From: an uncultured Candidatus Saccharibacteria bacterium
GTDB lineage: Bacteria > Patescibacteriota > Minisyncoccia > UBA6257 > GWB1-50-10
Assembly (NCBI GenBank): GCA_964565515.1
Contig: CAZMFA010000001.1
Location: 1-60,048 of the forward strand
Direction: 5' to 3'
Length of the DNA: 60,048 bases
Of this stretch, positions 43,506-52,999 are shown in pieces (the first letter of the stretch is position 1; each line of letters opens with the position of its first letter). The position numbers and the translations under genes are program-made. Under the pieces are notes generated by a model, which was not told the DNA's origin, did no database searches, and saw only the letters and a program-made list of their open reading frames with translations.

Positions 43506-43742
43506 ATGGCAAAAGTCACGATATATACCACCCCCACGTGCGTGTTCTGTCGGATGGCGAAAGCCTTTTTTCGATCGCACAATGTGGAGTATACCGAACT
43601 CGATGTCGCGAAGGATTTGAAGGCGCGGCAAGAGATGGTCACGAAGTCCGGCCAACTCGGCGTTCCGGTGATCGATGTCGAGGGAACTGTCGTCGTCGGC
43701 TTCGATCAAGCGACGCTCGCGAAACTCTTGAATATTAAATAG
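43506..43742 (+). CDS. Glutaredoxin/NrdH-like small redox protein
   Basis: 78 aa; TPTCVFCRMAK active site, GVPVIDV, VVGFD. Confidence 0.8.
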   Translation: MAKVTIYTTPTCVFCRMAKAFFRSHNVEYTELDVAKDLKARQEMVTKSGQLGVPVIDVEGTVVVGFDQATLAKLLNIK

Positions 43743-43748
43743 GTTCTT

Positions 43749-44474
43749 ATGGACCCGCTTCTCATACCGGCGTTTGCGGGCGGTGTCGTAACATTTCTCG
43801 CTCCTTGCACCTTGCCGCTTTTGCCGGCCTTTTTGGCTTTTATAAGCGGCGTGCCGATGACGGACCTCGCCGACAAGGAAAAGATGGAAAAGATGAAATC
43901 GAAGATCGTCGGGAATGCGATCTTTGCGATCTTGGGATTTTCGTTCGTGTTCGTCCTTTTCGGATCGGTCCTCGGCTTTCTCGGCGTGCCGCTCTTGAGA
44001 TATCGGCTTCTTCTCCTCAGGATCGGCGGGATCTTGATCGTGTTCTTCGGCCTTTTCATGGTGACGGAAGGCCGGTTCAAATTTCTTTCGTTCCTTTATA
44101 AAGAGCGGCGTTTGAAGGTAAGCCGATTGTTGAGGCCGGGAAATCCTTTCAGTTCCTTTATCTTCGGCGCGACATTCGGCCTCGGGTGGACACCGTGCAT
44201 CGGGCCGGTCTTGGGGGCGATCATGACCATGGCTGCGATAACCGGTGAAGCTGTGAGAAGCGCAGTGCTTCTCGGCGTGTTTTCTTTGGGGCTCGGCTTG
44301 CCCTTCTTCTTGGTGGCTCTCACGATCGCGTATGTTTCGGATTATTTGGCGAAAATCGAACGCTATTTGAATGCAATCTACTTCGTCGCCGGATTGTTCC
44401 TCGTGTTCATAGGGATTTTACTTGTGTTCGATTTGTTGCCGATCTGGACCAGCTTTTTCTACCAAGTATTTTAG
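43749..44474 (+). CDS. ccdA: CcdA/DsbD-family transmembrane thiol-disulfide electron transporter
   Basis: FLAPCTLPLLPAF and GWTPCIGPVLGAI cysteine motifs; 6 TM segments. Confidence 0.85.
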   Translation: MDPLLIPAFAGGVVTFLAPCTLPLLPAFLAFISGVPMTDLADKEKMEKMKSKIVGNAIFAILGFSFVFVLFGSVLGFLGVPLLRYRLLLLRIGGILIVFFGLFMVTEGRFKFLSFLYKERRLKVSRLLRPGNPFSSFIFGATFGLGWTPCIGPVLGAIMTMAAITGEAVRSAVLLGVFSLGLGLPFFLVALTIAYVSDYLAKIERYLNAIYFVAGLFLVFIGILLVFDLLPIWTSFFYQVF

Positions 44475-44554
44475 TAACCTTCCGAGTCTCGAGGGCCGCT
44501 CGGCTGCAGTTGGACGCTGAACGATGCAAGATGATAGAATAGGAGTGCATTCAC

Positions 44555-46126
44555 ATGAAAAATAAAGTAAGGGGGTTCTTTCGGTTCTTCAGGCGACCGC
44601 GAAACATCATTCTCGCGGTTATTGTTCTTGCGATCGCCGCCTTTTTTGTTTTTGGGGGCAAGAAACAGCAGGCAGCCGATCTCATTACGGTGAAATCGGG
44701 AACGATCACGCAAGATGTCGTCGTAACCGGCGACATTACGTCATCGGAAAACGTCGATCTGTCGTTCCAGCAATCCGGCACCGTCGCAAAGGTCAACGTC
44801 GCGACGGGTGACAAGGTGAACGTGGGCGATATCCTCTTGACCGAGGATTCGAGCGTGCTCCAAGCCCAACTTCAGCAAGCCGAAGCAAGCGTTGCGCAAG
44901 CTGAAGCAAATCTCGGCATTCTCCAAAACGGCGCAACGCCGCAGGCTGTCGCAGTGTCCGTTGCCGAAGTTTCGAATGCCGAAAGCGCCCTCCTCGGTGC
45001 TGGGAAAAGCGTCGTTTCGACCGTTCAAGACGCTTACACGAAGGCGGATGACGCGATCTACAATCAAGCCGACCAAATCTTTACGAATCCTCGGACAAAT
45101 CCGCAACTCATCTTTTCGGTACCCGATCAGCAGCTTGCCGTGAATATTCAATCGGAACGATCGGGCATCGAGTCCGATTTCAACGCATGGAACGCTTCGC
45201 TTTCCAATCTCACGGCAACGAGCGATCTTCCCGTTGCCCTTAAGGTGACCAAGGGATATTTGGACGACGTTCAAAATTTCTTGGCGGACGTCGCGTCGGC
45301 CTTGAATCTTGTGAGTCCTTCCGGAAGCACCTCGGCGACCAATCTCGATACCTGGAAGACCGACGTCGCTGCGGGGCGGGCGGAAGTCGTGACGGCAATC
45401 GGAAGCGTCGTCGCGGCGGAAAGCACGCTCAATTCAGATCAAACGGCGCTTGCGGTTGCCGAAAAACAATTGGCATTGAAGCAAGCTCCCGCAACGCCGG
45501 ACCAAATAGCGGCGGATGAAGCAGCCGTTTCTCAAGCGAGGGCCCAAGTGTCGCTCATTCAAGCGCAAATCAAGCAAACGATCCTCCGGTCGCCCGTCGC
45601 GGGCACGGTGACGAACGTCGTGCCGAAGAAGGGGGAAGTCGTGACCGCCGGAGAGACCGCCACCTCGATCATCGGGAGCAACAGCTTGGAAGTCGAAGCG
45701 TATGTTGCGGAATCGGATGTTGCGAAGCTCAAAGTGGGGGACCCGGTAACCCTCACACTCGACGCTCTTCCCGGCGAAACATTCACGGGGCATCTCTTTT
45801 CCATCGATCCTGCCGAGACCATCGTGAACGGCGTGGCCAACTACAAAGTCAAGGTCAGCTTCGACACCATGGACCCGCGATTCAAAAGCGGTCTCACGGC
45901 AAACCTTACCATCGAGACGCAAAGGAAGGACCATGTCCTTGTCATCCCCCAGTTTGCCATCGTTCAAAACGATCAAGGAACCTTTGCTATAAAAGTAGCG
46001 AACGGGAAGCAAGAACAAGTGCCGATCACGCTCGGAATTCAAGATCAAAACGGGAACGCCGAAGTTGTAAAGGGGCTCCAGGAAGGGGATCAGGTTTTGA
46101 ATGTTGGTTTGAACCCCCAAAGCTAG
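44555..46126 (+). CDS. MacA/HlyD-type periplasmic adaptor
   Basis: N-terminal TM, lipoyl-like domain, long coiled coil, beta-barrel; lies upstream of macB-like genes. Confidence 0.8.
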   Translation: MKNKVRGFFRFFRRPRNIILAVIVLAIAAFFVFGGKKQQAADLITVKSGTITQDVVVTGDITSSENVDLSFQQSGTVAKVNVATGDKVNVGDILLTEDSSVLQAQLQQAEASVAQAEANLGILQNGATPQAVAVSVAEVSNAESALLGAGKSVVSTVQDAYTKADDAIYNQADQIFTNPRTNPQLIFSVPDQQLAVNIQSERSGIESDFNAWNASLSNLTATSDLPVALKVTKGYLDDVQNFLADVASALNLVSPSGSTSATNLDTWKTDVAAGRAEVVTAIGSVVAAESTLNSDQTALAVAEKQLALKQAPATPDQIAADEAAVSQARAQVSLIQAQIKQTILRSPVAGTVTNVVPKKGEVVTAGETATSIIGSNSLEVEAYVAESDVAKLKVGDPVTLTLDALPGETFTGHLFSIDPAETIVNGVANYKVKVSFDTMDPRFKSGLTANLTIETQRKDHVLVIPQFAIVQNDQGTFAIKVANGKQEQVPITLGIQDQNGNAEVVKGLQEGDQVLNVGLNPQS

Positions 46127-46134
46127 CTCCTCGA

Positions 46135-46845
46135 ATGATCTCGGTCAAAAATCTCAAGAAGATATATCAAGACGACGGATCGGAAACACAAGCGCTCCGC
46201 GGCGTCTCGTTTGAGATCGAGAAAGGGGAATTTGTCGCGATCATGGGACCCTCGGGTTCCGGCAAGTCGACGCTTCTCCATATTTTGGGGTTTTTGGACC
46301 GGCCGACTTCGGGTTTCTATTCGTTTACGGGGAAGGTGATGGAAGAACTGAGCGATCTCGAGCTTGCGGAAATACGGAACGACGAGATGGGATTCATCTT
46401 TCAAGACTTCAATCTTTTGGGGAAGTTGTCGGTTTATGAAAATGTCGAGTTGCCGCTCCTTTACAACGACAAGATAGCGTCGCGCGAAAGGAAAAGCGCG
46501 GTCGAGCGTGCGGTCGAATCCGTCGGCCTTTCGGAAAAGATCGGCGTTGTGGCGGGAAATCTCTCGGGAGGGCAAAAGCAGCGGGTCGCGATCGCGCGGG
46601 CCCTCGTCAATAATCCGAACGTCATTTTTGCGGACGAACCGACCGGCAATCTCGATTCGAAATCGGGCGGGCAGGTCATGGAAATCTTGCGGCACTTGAA
46701 TGACGGAGGGCACACGGTGATCTTGGTGACTCATGAAACGTACACGGCGGAATTCGCCGAGCGGCTGATCCGCCTCAAGGACGGCGAAATTGAAAGCGAT
46801 GCGCCGGTCCATAACCGTCGGAAAATCGACGACTTTTTCAAATAA
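46135..46845 (+). CDS. MacB/LolD-type ABC transporter ATP-binding protein
   Basis: Walker [10 protein letters not shown], signature [15 protein letters not shown], Walker B IFADEPT, H-loop. Confidence 0.9.
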   Translation: MISVKNLKKIYQDDGSETQALRGVSFEIEKGEFVAIMGPSGSGKSTLLHILGFLDRPTSGFYSFTGKVMEELSDLELAEIRNDEMGFIFQDFNLLGKLSVYENVELPLLYNDKIASRERKSAVERAVESVGLSEKIGVVAGNLSGGQKQRVAIARALVNNPNVIFADEPTGNLDSKSGGQVMEILRHLNDGGHTVILVTHETYTAEFAERLIRLKDGEIESDAPVHNRRKIDDFFK

Positions 46846-46850
46846 CATGA

Positions 46851-46970
46851 GTCCCGTTAGAAATCGCGTACGCAAATCATAAGAGAAAACATGAAAACCC
46901 AATCAGTCGAATATTTCAAAAATAATCTACGCAAAACGCGAGCATGCGTATGCGTACTATTTCTAACGGG
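46851..46970. mobile_element. Copy C (120 bp) of the TIR element family, flanked by ATGA on both sides
   Basis: ATGA|GTCCCGTTAGAAATCGCGTACGC...GCGTATGCGTACTATTTCTAACGGG|ATGA. Sits between the ABC ATPase and permease genes. Confidence 0.65.
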
Positions 46971-48215
46971 ATGAGGTTCAATGACGCATTCAAAACGGCG
47001 CTGCGGAACGTAGGACATTCGAAAATGCGCTCATTCCTCACGATCCTGGGAATCGTGATCGGCGTTGCGTCGGTCATCATTCTGATGTCCGTCGGCCAAT
47101 CGGCGCAGGATTATATCTTGAATCAAGTAAAGGGCGTCGGGTCCAATTTGATCTTCATCATACCGGGCGGCACGGGCGGCTCGAAGTTTTCCGCGCCGGC
47201 ATCGGAACGAGGGGTCTTGATCAAGACGCTCGTGGCGGGGGATGTTACGGCGCTCGAACGGGAGCCGACCATCGCGGCCGTCGCGCCGATCGTGAATGGG
47301 CAAGCGACCGTTGCTTACGGCAACAACGACACATCGGTCCCGTATGAAGGGGTGACGTCCGAATTTTTCCCGATGCGGAATTTCGGCGTCTCGGCGGGAA
47401 GGATATTCAATCAGTCTGACATCGATTCTTCGAATCGGGTCGTGATCCTCGGTTCGACCGTCGCAAAAACGCTCTTCGGCGGCGTGACCCCGGTCGGGAA
47501 GTTCGTTCGCGTGCAAAACGTTCCACTCCAAGTGGTGGGTGTTTTGACGGACGAAGGAGTGGGGCCGGGAGGGATCGATCAGAACAATATGGTTTTGATT
47601 CCCGTGACCGTTGCGCAAAACCAACTCCTTGGCATCAATTACTATAATTATATTTTGGTTCAGGCGAACAGCTCTTACGACATCAGTTTCGTGACAGCGC
47701 GGGTGAAGACGGTCTTGAGGCAAACGCATCACATTACAGATCCGGTGAAGGATGATTTCACGGTCGAAACGCAAGCCGACATCCTTTCCATTTTAGGGAA
47801 TATCACGTCCGTCATGACCATCTTCCTCACGGCGATCGCGTCGATCTCGCTCATCGTCGGCGGCATCGGGATCATGAATATCATGCTCGTATCGGTCGTC
47901 GAACGGACGCGGGAGATCGGTCTCCGGAAGGCGGTCGGCGCAACGACGGCGGACATCTTGCGCCAGTTTTTGATCGAAGCGACGCTCTTAACGCTCCTCG
48001 GGGGCATCGTGGGGATCTTGCTCGGCGGACTCGTGACTTTCGGGGCATACCTCGTGATCGCAAAGCTTTTGAATGTCGCATGGACGTTTGCCTTGCCCTT
48101 CGGCGCCGTCATACTCGGCGCCGGCGTCTCGATCTTGGTCGGATTGGTCTTCGGGTTTTATCCCGCACGCCAAGCTGCCCGCAAAAGCCCGATTGAGGCA
48201 TTGCATTATGAATAG
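46971..48215 (+). CDS. MacB-type ABC transporter permease (FtsX domain)
   Basis: N-terminus MRFNDAFKTALRNVGHSKMRSFLTILGIVIGV; MacB periplasmic domain plus a C-terminal FtsX 3-TM bundle. The ORF track start at 46944 lies inside the element. Confidence 0.85.
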   Translation: MRFNDAFKTALRNVGHSKMRSFLTILGIVIGVASVIILMSVGQSAQDYILNQVKGVGSNLIFIIPGGTGGSKFSAPASERGVLIKTLVAGDVTALEREPTIAAVAPIVNGQATVAYGNNDTSVPYEGVTSEFFPMRNFGVSAGRIFNQSDIDSSNRVVILGSTVAKTLFGGVTPVGKFVRVQNVPLQVVGVLTDEGVGPGGIDQNNMVLIPVTVAQNQLLGINYYNYILVQANSSYDISFVTARVKTVLRQTHHITDPVKDDFTVETQADILSILGNITSVMTIFLTAIASISLIVGGIGIMNIMLVSVVERTREIGLRKAVGATTADILRQFLIEATLLTLLGGIVGILLGGLVTFGAYLVIAKLLNVAWTFALPFGAVILGAGVSILVGLVFGFYPARQAARKSPIEALHYE

Positions 48216-48238
48216 GGGAGCGTATATACTAAAGTCCT

Positions 48239-48322
48239 ATGTGGTCACGGATGGAATTTTGGGTCTTCACCATCGTCGGGTTCGCCCTCGTCTATTACGG
48301 GTACACCCGCGTGTTGGGATAG
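48239..48322 (+). CDS. Possible 27-aa hydrophobic peptide
   Basis: MWSRMEFWVFTIVGFALVYYGYTRVLG. TATACT lies 8 nt upstream. There is no other support. Confidence 0.25.
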   Translation: MWSRMEFWVFTIVGFALVYYGYTRVLG

Positions 48323-48329
48323 GCTCGAA

Positions 48330-49871
48330 TTATCGCTCGACGAGAATTTTCTCTTTCTTCTCCCCCGCTCGGGGATGTTTTCGTTCTTCTTGCCTTCTTC
48401 TCGGTTCCCGGGGTTCGATGCCGAGTAATCGCTCTCTCAAAAGATTCACCAACCGGTCATCTTCTTTTCCGCGGAATGGTATGAAAAGTTTCATCCAGCC
48501 GGAAATTTCGTTCATTTGCGGATTCAAGCCGTTTTTTCTCGCTTGGTCCGCGATGGTCCAAAAGATTCCTCGTGCGTATTTCACGGGAAGATAAGAGAGG
48601 AGGTGGTCTTCGTTGGCCTCGAAGTATCCGTTGGCCTTCCTCCAAAGCGGCCGGTGGGTCCGCTCGTCCAGCGGAGCGTCTTCCGCGATGGCCAAAAGCG
48701 GAGCAGGCAGCTTTTCGGCTGTTCCCTCGACGAAGATTACTTTTCCGAATCGGCTGCCGAATGAATTTTTACCGGACTCGAGATATGCTTCGGCTTCCCG
48801 CGATTCTTTCATGTGTTTGTTGACCAGTTCTTGGAGTCCGCGCTTTTCAATAAACTCCCCGCTCAAGGGAGCTGAGGCTTTTTTGACGATGATGTCTTGG
48901 ACCTTTCGGTTCATCGCTTCGAAGTCCTGCGGCATATCGTCCATTTCGCCGGTCAGGAAATCGTTCATGACATTCAGAAGCTGCGCCTTGGAGAGCTTCC
49001 GATTGATTTTGAAGAGATTGATCTCTCGGTCGTCGAAAAAACCAATCTTCGCAAAGTCGAGCCATTTACCCTTCTCGATGAGATCGGCAAAGACGGCAAG
49101 CCCCATCATTTCAGCTTTTTCCTTCGGATCGAGGTGATCGAAAAATCCGCCTTCCCACAGCTTCTTGAACAAGAACCACGTCGTGCCGGTGGAAGAATAT
49201 TCCCGCTCGTTGAAATAGATCTCGAGCGCGTTCCGCAGATTGGGGACGGCGATCTCGTTTTCCTTCCCCGGCTCGAAGAAGCCGACGTTTTCCGGGCCGA
49301 TCGAAAAGCCCGCGTTTTCGATCATGATGTGCTGGATTTCATAGCCAAGCCCCGACGGTCTTCTGATCTCGTACCCGTGACGCCGTTCAGAATATCCGAC
49401 ATTGCCGGGGAAATAAAAGAAACCGTAATGATCCTTAAGCTCCTGCCGCGCTTGCTCAGCGGCATAAGGGGGTACGTCGGCGTTCTTGAGGGAGTCGACG
49501 ATGGATCCGAACACCGAAAGGTTGAAAGCGGCTCCCGCCCGCGGTATCTTGTCCCACTCCGGATCCGCGTTCAAGCGTTTCCTGACGCTTCCGAGGAGAA
49601 GTGCAGCTTCGGCGCGCTCGGCGATCCTTGGGGGAATTTCTTTGCCTCCCGGGATCTCCAGTTTTTTTCCTTGTACCTTCGCGCCGGCGGCTTTTGCGCT
49701 CCAAACATCAATCACCTCGTCGAATCGATCTTTGTCCTTTTGTTCTTTTCCATCCTTGTGCTTTTCATACTCGGCTTCCGCCGCCTCGTCGATCTTTTCC
49801 TTCTTCCTTTCCCTCCTTTTTTCGTTTTCCCTCTCCCTTTCCCAGTCGATGTTCCAAGGCGCTTTTTCCAT
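48330..49871 (-). CDS. Hypothetical protein (513 aa) with highly charged K/E/R-rich N- and C-termini
   Basis: Long uninterrupted ORF. No motif recognised. Confidence 0.6.
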   Translation of the reverse strand: MEKAPWNIDWERERENEKRRERKKEKIDEAAEAEYEKHKDGKEQKDKDRFDEVIDVWSAKAAGAKVQGKKLEIPGGKEIPPRIAERAEAALLLGSVRKRLNADPEWDKIPRAGAAFNLSVFGSIVDSLKNADVPPYAAEQARQELKDHYGFFYFPGNVGYSERRHGYEIRRPSGLGYEIQHIMIENAGFSIGPENVGFFEPGKENEIAVPNLRNALEIYFNEREYSSTGTTWFLFKKLWEGGFFDHLDPKEKAEMMGLAVFADLIEKGKWLDFAKIGFFDDREINLFKINRKLSKAQLLNVMNDFLTGEMDDMPQDFEAMNRKVQDIIVKKASAPLSGEFIEKRGLQELVNKHMKESREAEAYLESGKNSFGSRFGKVIFVEGTAEKLPAPLLAIAEDAPLDERTHRPLWRKANGYFEANEDHLLSYLPVKYARGIFWTIADQARKNGLNPQMNEISGWMKLFIPFRGKEDDRLVNLLRERLLGIEPREPRRRQEERKHPRAGEKKEKILVER

Positions 49872-49892
49872 ACTCTTATGATAAATAATCTG

Positions 49893-49901
49893 TGGTATAA
49901 T
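49893..49901 (+). promoter_or_regulatory. Extended -10 promoter TGGTATAAT, 6 nt before ATG 49908
   Basis: TGn plus a consensus TATAAT. Confidence 0.55.
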
Positions 49902-49907
49902 GGGAAC

Positions 49908-50153
49908 ATGGTAAATGTCACAGCGGGTTTCACGAATGGCTGGGTCGTTCTTGCTATCATTCTTTGGGTTCTTCCATGGAAAGGTGTTGCCTTATGGCGT
50001 GCGGCAAAATTGTCGCAGAAATGGTGGTTTATCATCCTCCTTATTGTGAATACGATCGGTATCCTCGAAATCCTCTATATCTTCATCTTTTCCCGGCCGG
50101 CCATGAAGCGGCAAGGGCTCCTCAGAACCGAAGAAAAGAAGGAGGATGCGTAA
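49908..50153 (+). CDS. DUF5652-like small membrane protein
   Basis: VLPWKGVALWRAAKLSQKWWFIILLIVNTIGILEILYIFIF. Only the last 82 codons of ORF 48897..50153 are used; the rest is antisense to 48330..49871. Confidence 0.65.
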   Translation: MVNVTAGFTNGWVVLAIILWVLPWKGVALWRAAKLSQKWWFIILLIVNTIGILEILYIFIFSRPAMKRQGLLRTEEKKEDA

Positions 50154-50646
50154 GGAGGTTTGGTACGGAGCAGCGGGGCTTGCTGCGGTTGCCCTTGCGG
50201 TCGCGGTCTTGAGTATGCCGGCCGACATCGTTTCCGACGATACCGACGCGGCGAAGGGGACCTCTGTCGTGAAGGTGTTCTTCGGTAACAAGAACCTCGA
50301 TCCGGGCGTATCTTGCAGAGAGGTGTTCCCGGTCTTGCGCACGATCCCGAAAACCGCCGCCGTGGGACGTGCGGCGATCGATGCATTGCTCCTTGGGCCG
50401 ACCGACGAAGAGCGGGCAGCGGGATATTTTACGAGCGTCAATGCCGGCGTTACGCTCCGAGACCTCCGGATCGCAAGCGGGACGGCCTCTGCCGACTTCG
50501 ATGAAGCGCTCGAAGCGGGAGTCGGCGGCTCGTGCCGGGTTGCCGCGATCCGGTCGCAGATCGCGCAGACACTTAAACAATTCCCAACCGTTCAGACCGT
50601 CGTTCTTTCGATCGACGGTCGAAGCGAAGATATTTTGCAGCCATAA
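50146..50646 (+). CDS. GerMN domain protein (membrane-anchored)
   Basis: VKVFFGN..........VFPVLRTIPKTAAVGRAAIDALLLGPT..E...GYFT and VVLSIDG pattern. Confidence 0.55.
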   Translation: MRKEVWYGAAGLAAVALAVAVLSMPADIVSDDTDAAKGTSVVKVFFGNKNLDPGVSCREVFPVLRTIPKTAAVGRAAIDALLLGPTDEERAAGYFTSVNAGVTLRDLRIASGTASADFDEALEAGVGGSCRVAAIRSQIAQTLKQFPTVQTVVLSIDGRSEDILQP

Positions 50647-50648
50647 CT

Positions 50649-51134
50649 ATGAAGAAAAAAAATAATAAGCCGCGTGTGGGGGAACGAGCTCCCGATTTCG
50701 AGCTCTTGGATCAAAAAGGGAAGGTTCATTCACTTTCCGCCTACGTCGGGGGGTGGGTCCTTTTGTATTTTTACCCGAAGGATGATACGCCGGGATGTAC
50801 GAAAGAAGCATGCTTGATTCGGGATTACTTCCCCGATTTCAAAAAACTCAAGGCGAAGGTGCTCGGGGTGAGCGTCGACTCCGTAAAGAGCCATGAAAAG
50901 TTCGCCGAAAAATACCAGCTGCCTTTCACGCTTCTCGCAGACGAAAAGAAAGAAACGGTGAAGAGGTACGGCGTATGGGGCAAGAAGAAATTCATGGGGC
51001 ACGAGTATGAGGGAACGCTCCGAACGTCGTTCTTGATCGACCCGCAGGGGAAGATCGCGAAGATCTACGAAAACGTGAAACCCGAAATCCACGCCGAGGA
51101 GGTCGTTAAAGACCTGAATGTCATAAAATCCTAA
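50649..51134 (+). CDS. bcp: Peroxiredoxin Bcp (thiol peroxidase)
   Basis: GGWVLLYFYPKDDTPGCTKEAC active site; GVSVDSVKSHEKFAEKYQLPFTLLAD. Confidence 0.9.
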   Translation: MKKKNNKPRVGERAPDFELLDQKGKVHSLSAYVGGWVLLYFYPKDDTPGCTKEACLIRDYFPDFKKLKAKVLGVSVDSVKSHEKFAEKYQLPFTLLADEKKETVKRYGVWGKKKFMGHEYEGTLRTSFLIDPQGKIAKIYENVKPEIHAEEVVKDLNVIKS

Positions 51135-51253
51135 TTTCAAAATACTAAATCCTAAATAAATTCCAATGACAAAAATTCTAAATTCAAAACGCCGAGTTTA
51201 TGATTTCGAACATTTGGATTTCGTTATTGTTTAGGATTTAATATTTTATTTAT
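51135..51253. promoter_or_regulatory. AT-rich intergenic spacer with AAATCC/GGATTT repeats
   Basis: TAAATCCTAAA (51146..51156) is inverted at 51230..51240. Further AAATCC/AAATTC/GGATTT copies are present. The spacer is far more AT-rich than its surroundings. Confidence 0.4.
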
Positions 51254-52900
51254 ATGGATTTAGCCGAAGAATTAAAAAAAATCATAAGAGGCGACGTGAT
51301 GTCTGACGAGCAAACCCTCGCCGACTACAGCCACGATTATTCCATTTTCAACGTGACGCCCAGCGTGGTCGTTTTCCCGAAGGACGAGGATGACGTCAAA
51401 AAACTTGTCCAATTCGTTGAAGAAAAGAAGAAGGCGGGGGAAAATGTGTCGCTGACCGGCCGATCGGCGGGAACTGATATGTCCGGCGGCCCCTTGAATG
51501 AATCGGTGATCGTCGAGTTCACGAAGTATTTCAACCACGTCCGAGAGATCAACGAAGAAAAGGGGTATGTCGTCGTGGAGCCGGGCGTCTATTTCCGTGA
51601 TTTGGAACATCAATTGCAAGCGAAACATCTGCTCTACCCGGCGTATCCGGCGTCGAAGGACCTGTGTGCCTTGGGGGGGATGGTGAATAACAATTCCGGC
51701 GGCGAGCTCACGCTCCAGTACGGCAAAACGGAAAATTTCGTCGAAGGGCTCCATATCGTCCTTGCCGACGGCAAGGAGCACTATCTCGAACCGCTTTCGG
51801 GCGCAAAACTCGAAACAAAGCTCAAGGAAGAAAGCTTCGAGGGGGACCTCTACCGGAAGCTGTATCGATTGATCGACGACAACTACGATGCGATCATGGC
51901 CGCGAAACCGAAGGTCAGTAAGAATTCGGCCGGCTATTACCTTTGGAATGTGTGGGACAAGGAGACCTTCGATATCACGAAAGTGATCGTTGGTTCGCAG
52001 GGAACCTTCGGGCTTTTGACGGCGGCGAGACTCAAGCTCGTACCGGCACCGAAATACACCCGCCTCGTTGTTATCTTCTCGAAGACGCTTGATCCGGTGC
52101 CGAATCTCGTGAATGACCTTTTGGCCCTGAAGCCCGAAAGCATCGAGTCGTACGACGACAAAACAATGGGTCTTGCGATCCGTTTTTTCCCGACGCTTAT
52201 GAAACTCATGAAGGGCGGTCTTTTGAAACTGATGTTCGAGTTCATTCCCGAGGTCGGCATGCTTATAAGGAGCGGGGAAGTGCCCAAGATGATCCTCCTT
52301 GTTTCCGTGACGGCGGACGACGAGAGGGAGTTGGAGCGGAAAGCTCAAGAGGTTGTCGCAGCAGCCAAGCGATACAAACTTTTGGTCCGGAACGTGAAGA
52401 GTGATGCGGAATCGCAAGAATATTGGACCATCCGCCGGCAAAGTTTCGCACTCATCCACAGTCACGTGAAGGGGATGGATGCCGCCGCTTTCATTGATGA
52501 TATCATCGTCGATCCGAAGTATATGCCCGAAATACTGCCGCAAGTGAATGCAATTCTCGATAAGCACAAGGACAAATTGGTGTATACGATCGCCGGGCAT
52601 CCGGGAAACGGGAATTTTCATATCATTCCGCTCGTGCATATGGACGATCCGGAAACGCGAAAGATAATCCCCGAAGTGACCGAAGCGGTCTACCGACTAG
52701 TTCTCAAATACGGCGGTTCCATCACGGCCGAGCACAACGACGGGATCATCAGAACGCCCTATCTCAAAGAAATGTACGGCGATGCTATCGCTTCGCTCTT
52801 CGCCGAGACGAAGAAGATTTTCGATCCCGATGGCATCTTCAATCCGGGGAAAAAGGTAGGGGACACGCTCACGTATGCCGCGGAGCATATGAAGAAATAG
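51254..52900 (+). CDS. FAD-linked oxidoreductase (GlcD / D-lactate dehydrogenase-like)
   Basis: FAD_binding_4 region VVFPKDEDDVKKLV...LTGRSAGTDMSGGPL. C-terminal GGSITAEHNDGI...IFDPDGIFNPGKK. Confidence 0.85.
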   Translation: MDLAEELKKIIRGDVMSDEQTLADYSHDYSIFNVTPSVVVFPKDEDDVKKLVQFVEEKKKAGENVSLTGRSAGTDMSGGPLNESVIVEFTKYFNHVREINEEKGYVVVEPGVYFRDLEHQLQAKHLLYPAYPASKDLCALGGMVNNNSGGELTLQYGKTENFVEGLHIVLADGKEHYLEPLSGAKLETKLKEESFEGDLYRKLYRLIDDNYDAIMAAKPKVSKNSAGYYLWNVWDKETFDITKVIVGSQGTFGLLTAARLKLVPAPKYTRLVVIFSKTLDPVPNLVNDLLALKPESIESYDDKTMGLAIRFFPTLMKLMKGGLLKLMFEFIPEVGMLIRSGEVPKMILLVSVTADDERELERKAQEVVAAAKRYKLLVRNVKSDAESQEYWTIRRQSFALIHSHVKGMDAAAFIDDIIVDPKYMPEILPQVNAILDKHKDKLVYTIAGHPGNGNFHIIPLVHMDDPETRKIIPEVTEAVYRLVLKYGGSITAEHNDGIIRTPYLKEMYGDAIASLFAETKKIFDPDGIFNPGKKVGDTLTYAAEHMKK

Positions 52901-52999
52901 GGGTCGGCGCTCAGTCGGCGCCTCCGTTCAGGCTGTCTCCAAGCCTCCGCCAGCTGGCGGACAAGTCTCGGTCTTCGCGGAGGTGCCGCCATCGCGCCA

